Shown one piece after another: positions 6,738 to 14,852 of a stretch of DNA of 18,167 nucleotides (positions are counted from its first letter, which is position 1; every line of letters starts with the position of its first letter). Source of the DNA: a virus (taxonomy: Duplodnaviria; Heunggongvirae; Uroviricota; Caudoviricetes); IMG/VR virus record IMGVR_UViG_3300009744_000018; one strand, 5' to 3'. The notes beneath the pieces are model-generated. The model saw only the letters and a program-made list of their open reading frames with translations, did no database searches and was not told the origin of the DNA. A program made the translations under genes and the position numbers.

Positions 6738-9566
6738 CTAAATAGCCCTCTTACTTTTGTCACTATAAATCATAAACTTTGAATACTTCATAGGTATTTC
6801 ATCTATAAACCTTGAAGGCTTTTTATCTACAAACTGATAGAACTGAAATCTTCTCTTGCAGTAGGTAAGAAACAATCTTTCTTCAGCTCTTGTCATAGCT
6901 ACATAGCATAATCTTCTTTCCTCTTCCTCTCCGTCAGGCTCTTCAAGTGAGAACTTGTGAGGGAATGTCTCTTCTTCCATCCCAACCATGAACACTACAG
7001 GAAATTCTAAACCTTTGGCTGCATGTACAGTCATTAATTTAACCTTATCTGAGTCCTGGTCGAGCTGGTCTTGGTCACTTATAAGCTTTACATTTTGCAG
7101 AAAGTCTACAAGTGAATCATCGTTGGAATTTTTCTCAACATAGTTATTAACAAAATCAAAAAATGCTTCTACATTCTTCATTCTGTTTTCATAAGTTTCT
7201 TCATCCTGTAGTAATATATCTTCAAAGTGAACGTCTTCGTATATTTTTAGTATTGTCTCCTGCAGGCCTAGGTCTTCTTTCCTAATCTCTATAATCGGCT
7301 TCAGGTATTCATCAAACATCTTTAATACTGCCTCCCCCTTTACTTTACCTATACCCTTTACAGATGAGGGAAACTTTACTACGTCTATCAGAGGAAGCAT
7401 TGTATTGTAGCTGTGTTCAAGCATTTTTGCTACAGTTACAGGACCTATGCCGTTACTCTCTAGATTTATTATTCTATTTAAACTAGGAGAGTCTTCAACA
7501 TTTGCAGTCAATCTAATAAATGCTAGAAGGTCTTTTATTTCTTTTCTATCAAAAAACCCTGTACCTTTAACAACTGTGTAAGGTATTCCTGCATTAACAA
7601 AAGCTGTTTCGAAATTCTGCGACTGATAATTACTTCTATAAAGAAGTGTAATATCTTTATAGTCATAATTATTTGCATCTGTAAGAGTTTTGATTGTATT
7701 GACTATAAAGTCAGCCTCTTTATATGAGTCAAATGTTTCAGCTATAACTATAGGAAACCCGGGCTTAGCTTTAGTAAAAGCAACTTTCTCTCTTCTTTTT
7801 TTATTGTTTTTAACTACCTCATTTGAGGCTTCTATAATGTTAGATGTGCTTCTGTAATTTCTTTCAAGTTTTATTATATTTACATTTTTATACTCTTTTT
7901 CAAAATCTATTATATTCTGGATATCAGAACCCCTAAATCCATAAATACTATTGCAGGTTACAATTCCATCCGCTATATATTTGTGATATTTATCAACATT
8001 TAAACTATAAACAGGTCCATCATAATCATAAATTCTAAGCTTTTTTATTTTTTTCCACTCTGTCTTCTTTCCTTTAATATGGACTGGAACTTTCATAAGT
8101 TCTGGAATAAAATTGCATGCTTTTATTTTTATAATAGATTTTCCGCCACGTCTTTGGTAAACATTTTCAACGTCAAAAAATGGAAATTCTATTTCTCTGT
8201 CGTGGTCTTTGAGGCATTTTTTTGCATTTTTATAAAGTCTTTCATATGATAAGTTTTCATAAACAGAACTTATTACTTCTTTTGTTAAATAACCATTAGT
8301 CGCTCCGTCATTTGTTTCCTGAAAAGTTAATTGTGGAATTCCATACCTGCTAGCAATAATACTTTCCCAGGCAAATGCTTCTTTTTTAGTTTTTACAACC
8401 TTTAAAATCCATGCTTTATCTGCTTTTTCGATTCTTGACCTAACTCCTAAATGAAATCCCCCATCTGCTTTAAATAATTGACACCATCCTACTCTAAATT
8501 TGTCATCTTTTTGCATCAAGTAGACTACATTATAGTTAGTAGATTTATTTGTCCACTTAACAAGCCATTTATGGTTATAAGTTGATTTAGATATTTTGCC
8601 ATCTTCAGTTTCTATTTCATACATTTTGCCTTTGTAATTTCTCATACCTTTTTTAATTTCGTAACCATAATCATCACTTAATCCAATTACATAAGAACCA
8701 CGCCTGTCATAGCTAGGAACCTTGTCAACACCAGGCTCTAAGTCTTTGATTTTTTTGTAACCTTTAGTAGTTAAGACTTCGGTATTTGGTGGTTGGCACT
8801 GGTCGGAATCACCTACGGCCATAATATTTTTGTGTTTATCTGCCAGCATCTTAAGTATTATATACTGACTGTGATTTGTGTCTTGATACTCATCACACTG
8901 AATATACTTAAATTTATTTTGATAGTGTTCTAAAACTTCAGGATATTTTCTAAACAGATAAATTGTTTTTGTTATCAGGTCAGTAAAGTCAAAGGCATTA
9001 TTTTTCTTTAACCTTTTATAATATTCCTTGTATATCTTCTGGATATACCTATCTCTTTCAAAAGGCTCTCTACCAAGCTTTTGCAGATAATTAGCAAATG
9101 ATATTAAGTTTCTTTTAGCTTCTGTTATTTTAAAGAATACTTTTTTATCTTCATAGACTTTATCATCAAGCCCCATTGAGTTTATGATATCGTTTACTAT
9201 TTTTACAGAGTCATCAGTGTCATATATGAGGTAGTTTGGTTTGTAGCCTATCTTATCTAAGTTCTCGCTTAAGATTTTCAAACACATTGAGTGAAAAGTC
9301 CCAATCCACATGCTTGATATATCACAGTCTACAATCTTTTTTACTCTATCTTCCATCTCGCTTGCTGCCTTATTTGTAAAGGTTACAGTTAGGATTTCAG
9401 AAGGAAAAATACCTTCTTTAATAAGTCTTGCTATACGATATGTGATAACTCTTGTTTTTCCACTACCAGCCCCGGCAACAACAAGTGACGGCCCTTTATC
9501 GTGCAAAACTGCTTCTTTTTGTTTCTTGTTTAAATCAAGTGTTAAATTCAATATTTGCACCTCCAT
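6738..9566 (-). CDS. pcrA: UvrD/PcrA superfamily 1 DNA helicase, intein-containing precursor (about 655-660 aa after splicing)
   Basis: Motifs I AGAGSGKT, Ia TFTNKAA, II DEYQD, III VGDSDQ|SIYGFRG (split), IV NYRST, V TVHAAKGLEF and VI EERRLCYVAMTRA. The true start is probably TTG at 9551 (RBS GGAGGTG). Confidence 0.95.
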   Translation of the reverse strand: MEVQILNLTLDLNKKQKEAVLHDKGPSLVVAGAGSGKTRVITYRIARLIKEGIFPSEILTVTFTNKAASEMEDRVKKIVDCDISSMWIGTFHSMCLKILSENLDKIGYKPNYLIYDTDDSVKIVNDIINSMGLDDKVYEDKKVFFKITEAKRNLISFANYLQKLGREPFERDRYIQKIYKEYYKRLKKNNAFDFTDLITKTIYLFRKYPEVLEHYQNKFKYIQCDEYQDTNHSQYIILKMLADKHKNIMAVGDSDQCQPPNTEVLTTKGYKKIKDLEPGVDKVPSYDRRGSYVIGLSDDYGYEIKKGMRNYKGKMYEIETEDGKISKSTYNHKWLVKWTNKSTNYNVVYLMQKDDKFRVGWCQLFKADGGFHLGVRSRIEKADKAWILKVVKTKKEAFAWESIIASRYGIPQLTFQETNDGATNGYLTKEVISSVYENLSYERLYKNAKKCLKDHDREIEFPFFDVENVYQRRGGKSIIKIKACNFIPELMKVPVHIKGKKTEWKKIKKLRIYDYDGPVYSLNVDKYHKYIADGIVTCNSIYGFRGSDIQNIIDFEKEYKNVNIIKLERNYRSTSNIIEASNEVVKNNKKRREKVAFTKAKPGFPIVIAETFDSYKEADFIVNTIKTLTDANNYDYKDITLLYRSNYQSQNFETAFVNAGIPYTVVKGTGFFDRKEIKDLLAFIRLTANVEDSPSLNRIINLESNGIGPVTVAKMLEHSYNTMLPLIDVVKFPSSVKGIGKVKGEAVLKMFDEYLKPIIEIRKEDLGLQETILKIYEDVHFEDILLQDEETYENRMKNVEAFFDFVNNYVEKNSNDDSLVDFLQNVKLISDQDQLDQDSDKVKLMTVHAAKGLEFPVVFMVGMEEETFPHKFSLEEPDGEEEERRLCYVAMTRAEERLFLTYCKRRFQFYQFVDKKPSRFIDEIPMKYSKFMIYSDKSKRAI
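7950..8798 (-). mobile_element. Intein in the helicase (aa 257-539 of the ORF, 283 aa), inserted in motif III
   Basis: Starts CQPPNTEVLT; block B STYNHKW; ends VYSLNVDKYHKYIADGIVTCN followed by Ser+1. Removing it restores GDSDQSIYGFRG. Confidence 0.92.
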
Positions 9567-10658
9567 TTATTTTCTAATCGGCATTAACATATAATTTATA
9601 TCTCTGTCATTTAAAATTACAGCTGTATCTCCTTTATTAAATGATATTTTAAAATCATCACTTCCTGTATCATTTATAAAGTCTAATAAAAACCCCGAAT
9701 CAAAATTCTTATCTATTGGAGTTTTAAAGTCAAAGTTTAACTTTTCAAGGTTTTTCATATCTGAAGAATAAACAAATAAACTATCATCTTCAGTTTTAAT
9801 TGTTATAACTTTATCTCCAATCATAAAATCACTGATAATTTTAACTCTATTGATAGCATCTTTAAACTCTGATGTCTTAATCTTATTTTCAAATTCTAGA
9901 TTTTTTGGAATAATCTTTTCGTATAAAGGGAAGCTGCCTGCTATTAATTGGTGCTTTAAAACTAAATCATCTTTTAGAAGTTTGATGTATTCATTATTTA
10001 AAATTAGCTTAACTTCCTTTTCTCCTCCATCTAAAACCCCAAGGATATATTTAACCATATTCTTAGGTATTAAATACTGGCCTTCTCTCTCTCCGCTTAT
10101 ATGAAAGTCTTTTAGATTTGAAAAATACATTCTAAATGTATCAGTAGTAACAAAATCAATAGTGCCATCTTCTTTAAGCTTTATATTTAATCCTATTATT
10201 GAGTTTTGATGTGATTCATCAGGTATTATTTTGATGAAACGCTTAAAGACATCCATAATTATTGACTCTTTTATTGTGAGTTCTGTTTCTTTTTCTACAA
10301 TGTATTCTTCAGGAAAATCAATATTTAAAATTGGAACCTTAAATAAGTTATCCTTACTTACAAGTTCTAAGTTGCTGTCATTTAATCTTAAGTGTATTTT
10401 TTCATTTTTATATTTTCTAACTAAATTATTAAGCAAAGAGAAAGGAATTAAAACATCTCCTTCCTCCTTTATTTTAACTTCATCAATCTCATCTTTGATA
10501 TACATATTAAAATTAGTAGCTTTAATAATAACCCTGTCATATTTAACAGAAATTAAAACAGAAGATGAAATTTCTAAAATATTTGTGCTTGTGGAAATAC
10601 ATTTTTGTACTTTTTTAAAAACATTTTGTAGTGCTTTTTTATCCACTATACATTCCAT
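9567..10658 (-). CDS. dnaN: DNA polymerase III beta sliding clamp-like protein
   Basis: 363 aa, the expected clamp length. Contains ATNFNMYI, TTDTFRM (compare TDGHRL), GSFPLYEKIIP, FDSGFLLDFI and C-terminal YMLMPIRK. RBS GGAGGT. Confidence 0.85.
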   Translation of the reverse strand: MECIVDKKALQNVFKKVQKCISTSTNILEISSSVLISVKYDRVIIKATNFNMYIKDEIDEVKIKEEGDVLIPFSLLNNLVRKYKNEKIHLRLNDSNLELVSKDNLFKVPILNIDFPEEYIVEKETELTIKESIIMDVFKRFIKIIPDESHQNSIIGLNIKLKEDGTIDFVTTDTFRMYFSNLKDFHISGEREGQYLIPKNMVKYILGVLDGGEKEVKLILNNEYIKLLKDDLVLKHQLIAGSFPLYEKIIPKNLEFENKIKTSEFKDAINRVKIISDFMIGDKVITIKTEDDSLFVYSSDMKNLEKLNFDFKTPIDKNFDSGFLLDFINDTGSDDFKISFNKGDTAVILNDRDINYMLMPIRK

Positions 10659-10675
10659 CTAAAAACCTCCGCTAT

Positions 10676-11335
10676 TTAATATTCTTTAAAAAGCATTTCA
10701 TAATAACTTATTCTTCCAATAGCTTTAAAGAAGTATTCTCTTTTTTTCTTTTGGCTTACATCAAGTCCAGGGCCAACGTTATAGCCCACAATCGCTGATA
10801 ATCTATCTCCATTGTAGTAGCGTTTTAATAACTTATAGTAGTACCAGATACCGTATTTGACCTGTTTTTCAACGTCAGAACGCAACAATTCTTTGTGATT
10901 GATATTTTTTGAACTTCCATAGAGCTTTAATCCATCACCAAAAAAGTCAGAAGCTGCTTGAGCTGTCTGCCATGTTAGTGCAGTCATTCCAAACGACCTA
11001 CCATTATCCATATCGTAATAGTTTACAAAATGGCTTTCTAACTCAACTATAGCAAAGAAATCTTTGGCAACTCTTCTAGGGTGTATTTCAGGATGAAGAT
11101 AGTTTAGGTCATAAGCATATTTAATTATCCATCCACTTCTGTTTTGAGCCTGCTCAAGTGTTATTGCATCATCAACAGTTAACTCACTTCTGTATCTGCA
11201 GTACCACCTATTTACATCCATAGAACGTTCTGTCATAAAATTGTGTAAGTTTACTGCCTCCGCATTAGAAGGCAGTATTGTTGTCGTTAATAATAAAATT
11301 GCTAATATCAATAAAGACAAATTAGTTTTATTCAA
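10676..11335 (-). CDS. Secreted lytic transglycosylase (SLT/lysozyme-like) protein
   Basis: N-terminal signal peptide ending SNAEA. Contains AIVELESHF (putative catalytic Glu), SFGMTAL (compare GLMQL) and AIVGYNVGPG (compare AYNAG). TTG start with AGGAGG. Confidence 0.7.
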   Translation of the reverse strand: MNKTNLSLLILAILLLTTTILPSNAEAVNLHNFMTERSMDVNRWYCRYRSELTVDDAITLEQAQNRSGWIIKYAYDLNYLHPEIHPRRVAKDFFAIVELESHFVNYYDMDNGRSFGMTALTWQTAQAASDFFGDGLKLYGSSKNINHKELLRSDVEKQVKYGIWYYYKLLKRYYNGDRLSAIVGYNVGPGLDVSQKKKREYFFKAIGRISYYEMLFKEY

Positions 11336-11336
11336 T

Positions 11337-11546
11337 TTATGTTTCCTCCTCTACCCCTAATGTTTCTCTTTCTCTTAAAGCTAAGCATCCATTTGCGGGG
11401 CAAAAATAATAATCATCACTTTTTTTTCTGTCCATTATATTTTTGTGGATTAGAGCGCTTTTTGTCATTTTTTCAGCATATATACACTTTTTAATGACCC
11501 CTTCTTTAAGCAGGCACCTTTTCCTTTTCTGCTCCAGTCTGTTCAT
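11337..11546 (-). CDS. Hypothetical small basic protein with four Cys (69 aa)
   Basis: The ORF fills the recA-SLT gap, overlaps the recA end by 41 nt and contains the RBS of the next gene. The start is uncertain. Confidence 0.55.
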   Translation of the reverse strand: MNRLEQKRKRCLLKEGVIKKCIYAEKMTKSALIHKNIMDRKKSDDYYFCPANGCLALRERETLGVEEET

Positions 11547-12636
11547 CTTCTTCTACATCCCCTTCTGTATTAATTTCTGCATCATCTTCTGCATAATATA
11601 AAGGTTCTTCTCTTCCGAGTAGTATTCTTTCTTTTATCTCTTTTAGCATTAAGTCTGGATTATCTAAAGAGTAAATAGCCTGAACGAAATTATCCATGCC
11701 GTTTTCTTTTAACTCTCTCTCGCTTCCTTCTTCAACACCTAAAGGAGTATATGTTCTCCAGCCACCTGCTTTTTGAATGACACCTGTTTTTTCTCCTGCT
11801 GCTAAAATATCCTTGTTTAAATTAAATCCCTTATCGTAGTAGAGGTCTACAAACCCTTGTCTTCCTACAGTACCAACTTTGTTTTTAATAATTCGTGCTC
11901 TCAATCTATGTCCGTGAACCACAAGAGTATCGCCTGACCCCTCACTAAAGGTGTCACGTTTTTTAACTTCTATACGTTGGTCGCTATAAAATTTAATTGC
12001 TCGACCACCAGGAGTTATTGAGGGGTCTCCATAAAGCTGACCAACCTTTTCTCTCAGCTGGTTAATTAGAATTAATGTACACTTATTTTTATTTAATACA
12101 GCCTTTAATTTCTTCATTGCTTTAGACCACATACGAGCGTCTACGGCCATCTGTTGGTCTTCCATTGAAGATGTCAGAATTGCTGCTGCAGAGAGTGCAG
12201 CTACTGAATCAATAGCAATTAGTCTTACCTCACCAGTTTTAGCAAGTGCCTCAATAACATCAAGTACTGATTCACCTTCTGATTTCTGTGACATAATTAA
12301 ATCTTCAGTTTTTACACCAAAAAGGTCAGCAAAATCAGGGTTGTATGAGTTTTCTGCGTCGAAAAAAGCACATTTATGTCCATCTTTTTGAGCCTGAGCT
12401 ATAATTGACAGTACTAAAGTCGTTTTACCAGAACCCTCTGGTCCATATATTTCAATAATACGGCCAATAGGTATTCCTCCACCACCAGTATTAGGCTGGG
12501 TTGCAAGGTCGATATCTAAAACCCCTGTTGATATCCATTTAATTTCTAGCTTTTCTCTGTCAGCACCTGAAAATAATGCATCTTCACCGTAAGACTTTTT
12601 AATCTGCTTCATGGCTTTATCTAATTCTTTATTCAA
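11506..12636 (-). CDS. recA: RecA-family recombinase (divergent, probably phage-encoded)
   Basis: GRIIEIYGPEGSGKTT, DAENSY, IDSVAAL, LINQLREKVG, TPGGRAIKFYS and IIKNKVG, plus an acidic C-terminal tail. TTG start with AGGAGGAG. Confidence 0.96.
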   Translation of the reverse strand: MNKELDKAMKQIKKSYGEDALFSGADREKLEIKWISTGVLDIDLATQPNTGGGGIPIGRIIEIYGPEGSGKTTLVLSIIAQAQKDGHKCAFFDAENSYNPDFADLFGVKTEDLIMSQKSEGESVLDVIEALAKTGEVRLIAIDSVAALSAAAILTSSMEDQQMAVDARMWSKAMKKLKAVLNKNKCTLILINQLREKVGQLYGDPSITPGGRAIKFYSDQRIEVKKRDTFSEGSGDTLVVHGHRLRARIIKNKVGTVGRQGFVDLYYDKGFNLNKDILAAGEKTGVIQKAGGWRTYTPLGVEEGSERELKENGMDNFVQAIYSLDNPDLMLKEIKERILLGREEPLYYAEDDAEINTEGDVEEDEQTGAEKEKVPA

Positions 12637-12654
12637 ATTCTACTCCTCCTTTAA

Positions 12655-13119
12655 TCAAAATGGTACATCAAAATCATAAGCGTCTTCATCATCTGTATAA
12701 TCTTCAGTGTCAAAATCCTCTACATTATCCTCACTTATATTTTCTTTTTGGCCATCTAGTTTTTCTATATCTCTTTTAGGATTTTTGCTTACACTTTTTC
12801 CATCAGGAAAATCTAGATATCTTATTTCATTTGCGGTAATTACTATGTCTGAAAGAATTTTATCTGATGTATTGCTCTGAAATTCTTCCAACTTGACATC
12901 GCCCTGGACCATTACAAGTCTTCCCTTACCTAGATTATTATTAGCAGCCTCTGCCTGCCCGTTCCAGCATGTAACTTTAACAAACTGTGTATCATCATCT
13001 GTTTTTGAAAATGGATTGTTAACTGCTATTGTGAAGTTGCAGACAGACTTATCTGTCTTAGTTTTTCTTAGCTTCGGGTCTTTTGTAAGCCTGCCGATTG
13101 CCGTTCCTTTAAAATACAT
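12655..13119 (-). CDS. ssb: Single-stranded DNA-binding protein
   Basis: GRLTKDPKLR, NFTIAVN, VTCW and LGKGRLVMVQG (OB fold), with an acidic tail ending DVPF. Confidence 0.95.
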   Translation of the reverse strand: MYFKGTAIGRLTKDPKLRKTKTDKSVCNFTIAVNNPFSKTDDDTQFVKVTCWNGQAEAANNNLGKGRLVMVQGDVKLEEFQSNTSDKILSDIVITANEIRYLDFPDGKSVSKNPKRDIEKLDGQKENISEDNVEDFDTEDYTDDEDAYDFDVPF

Positions 13120-13172
13120 TCATTCACCTCTTTTGTGATGTGTTTACTTTACATTACTAAACCAGTAGTTTA

Positions 13173-13201
13173 ATTCTAACACAACTTGAACCACTTTGCA
13201 A
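13173..13201 (-). promoter_or_regulatory. sigma70/sigmaA-type promoter for the ssb-recA replication cluster
   Basis: On the - strand: TTGCAA (13201-13196), a 17-nt spacer, then TG-N-TAGAAT (extended -10; 13178-13173). It lies in the only sizeable intergenic gap, about 55 nt upstream of ssb. Confidence 0.7.
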
Positions 13202-13215
13202 GTAGAGTGTTAAAA

Positions 13216-13572
13216 TTAATAATCTAATTCAAGCTCGCTATAAATTTTTGAAATTAAATCATATATATATTCGTATAAGCCCATAGAAACAAACTCATGG
13301 ATATCAAAATAGCATTGTCCAAGCTGGTCAATTTCTTTATTTATTTCAAGTTGAATATAATCTCTTAACTCTTCTGCAAGTTCAATTGTATTTAAATCAG
13401 CTATTGACCATACTTCACTTTCGTAATAGTTAGCATTTTCAGAGATATTGGTTTCGGAATATTCGCCCTCAATAACTGAAGTTCTTAAATCATCCACAAG
13501 CCATTCTTCAAATCCTAAATCTCTGTTTATATCTTCGATAAATTCTAAATATTCTTCTGTTCTTTTACACAT
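13216..13572 (-). CDS. Hypothetical highly acidic protein (118 aa; start revised from 13605 to 13572); paralog of the C-terminal half of 13565-14245
   Basis: AGGAGG lies 7 nt before ATG at 13572 (MCKRTEEY...). About 31 D/E versus 7 K/R. Confidence 0.82.
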   Translation of the reverse strand: MCKRTEEYLEFIEDINRDLGFEEWLVDDLRTSVIEGEYSETNISENANYYESEVWSIADLNTIELAEELRDYIQLEINKEIDQLGQCYFDIHEFVSMGLYEYIYDLISKIYSELELDY

Positions 13573-14245
13573 ATGATTCCTCCTTCGTGCTTTCAAAAAC
13601 CTCATTAAAGAGCATTTCTATATATTCGTATATTCCAAAACCTAAAATTAAATCTTCAAATTCCATATCGAGATTAAAGTCATTATATTGATTGATGTCT
13701 TGATTTATTTCATCTTTAATAATATCCCATAATTTTAAGCCCATCTTTACTACTTCAATATTTTTATAGTTGTTGGATATTTCAACAGTAAAGCTATCAG
13801 CAAAATAGCCTGAGCCTACTAAAGGGGCACCATTTTCTGTAACATAATTTTTAAATAAATCAATCAGCATTTCTTTTTCAAAACCTAAATTCCTATTAGA
13901 TTCCTTAATTGAGCTTAGTGCATCGCTTACCATATCTAGTTCTTTTATATCTTCTGTCATATAGTCAACAAACTCATAACTGTCTTTAAACCCTTTTTTA
14001 AACTCTCCTTCAATAAATCTTTCGCACAAAATATCATATCCTATATTATCCAATAAATCTTCACCATAATCTTTTAATAAAACACTATAAATATCAAGGA
14101 ATCTATTTTCATAAATTCTGTTTATTTCATTCATAGTTTCTAGAAGTGAACCATAAAAATATGGAGTTTTATCTTCTGTTTCGATTTTTGCCAAAGAATA
14201 AGCAAAAAGAGATATTGTCTGTTCTTTATTAGGCGTTTTTAACAT
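13565..14245 (-). CDS. Hypothetical acidic protein (226 aa)
   Basis: RBS AAGGAGG. The C-terminal half aligns by eye with the downstream 118-aa ORF. Confidence 0.85.
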   Translation of the reverse strand: MLKTPNKEQTISLFAYSLAKIETEDKTPYFYGSLLETMNEINRIYENRFLDIYSVLLKDYGEDLLDNIGYDILCERFIEGEFKKGFKDSYEFVDYMTEDIKELDMVSDALSSIKESNRNLGFEKEMLIDLFKNYVTENGAPLVGSGYFADSFTVEISNNYKNIEVVKMGLKLWDIIKDEINQDINQYNDFNLDMEFEDLILGFGIYEYIEMLFNEVFESTKEESYV

Positions 14246-14261
14246 TTGTAATCCCTCCTTA

Positions 14262-14573
14262 TTATAATTTAAAACTTTTCAAATATTGTGCTTTATAGCA
14301 AGATTTTAACTCAGTTATTGTCATTACTGCAAGTTCTTCTGCTTGGTAATGTTCTTTAAGATTTTTAAACAAAGCCTTCCTTTCTAAAGCTTCTTTTCTA
14401 TCATGAATTTTTTCTTTGACTTCTGAGTTTGTATATCCACCTTCATATTTTTCCCATGTTTTACCATCTTCAAAGTCATCTGCATCATAATCTCTTATAT
14501 ATACATCAATGTTTTCTGATGCAAAAACATCTCTAACAACACTATCCTCTACTTCAATTAATACATTTTTCAT
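14262..14573 (-). CDS. Hypothetical protein (103 aa)
   Basis: RBS AAGGGGG; operon-like packing. Confidence 0.8.
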   Translation of the reverse strand: MKNVLIEVEDSVVRDVFASENIDVYIRDYDADDFEDGKTWEKYEGGYTNSEVKEKIHDRKEALERKALFKNLKEHYQAEELAVMTITELKSCYKAQYLKSFKL

Positions 14574-14588
14574 TTTTATCCCCCTTTT

Positions 14589-14852
14589 TTATTCCCACAA
14601 TTTCCAGCCTAAATCAATATCATATTTTCCTTCATCTAAATCTTCCCAAAAAAGCCTTACTGTTTTATCTCCTTCAATTTGATAAAAAAGAAGCCCATAA
14701 ACACTACTGACATCTTCTATACTTAATCCATGAATTTCTATTCCAGCCAGTAAATCACTCAATGAATTTTCATTTTTAGAGTCCCAGTACATATCATTTA
14801 TTCTAGTAAAAGCATCCTCTACCGAGTCAGCAATTAAAATTTTATTTTTCAC
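14589..14852 (-). CDS. Hypothetical acidic protein (87 aa)
   Basis: GTG start overlaps the upstream stop (GTGA); RBS GAGGAGGT. Confidence 0.8.
   Translation of the reverse strand: MKNKILIADSVEDAFTRINDMYWDSKNENSLSDLLAGIEIHGLSIEDVSSVYGLLFYQIEGDKTVRLFWEDLDEGKYDIDLGWKLWE

Noticed and set aside
10639-10647. DnaA-box-like TTATCCACT at the start of the clamp gene
   Set aside because: It is a single 8/9 match inside coding sequence with no cluster of boxes, which is expected by chance in AT-rich DNA.
13173-13215. LexA/SOS box upstream of ssb-recA
   Set aside because: No GAAC-N4-GTTC (Firmicutes) or CTG-N10-CAG (E. coli type) match is present.
14204-14221. QTISLF near the N-terminus of the 226-aa protein as a clamp-binding motif
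   Set aside because: It has one residue too many for QL[S/D]LF and does not fit the PIP-box pattern. It is too short and degenerate to support.
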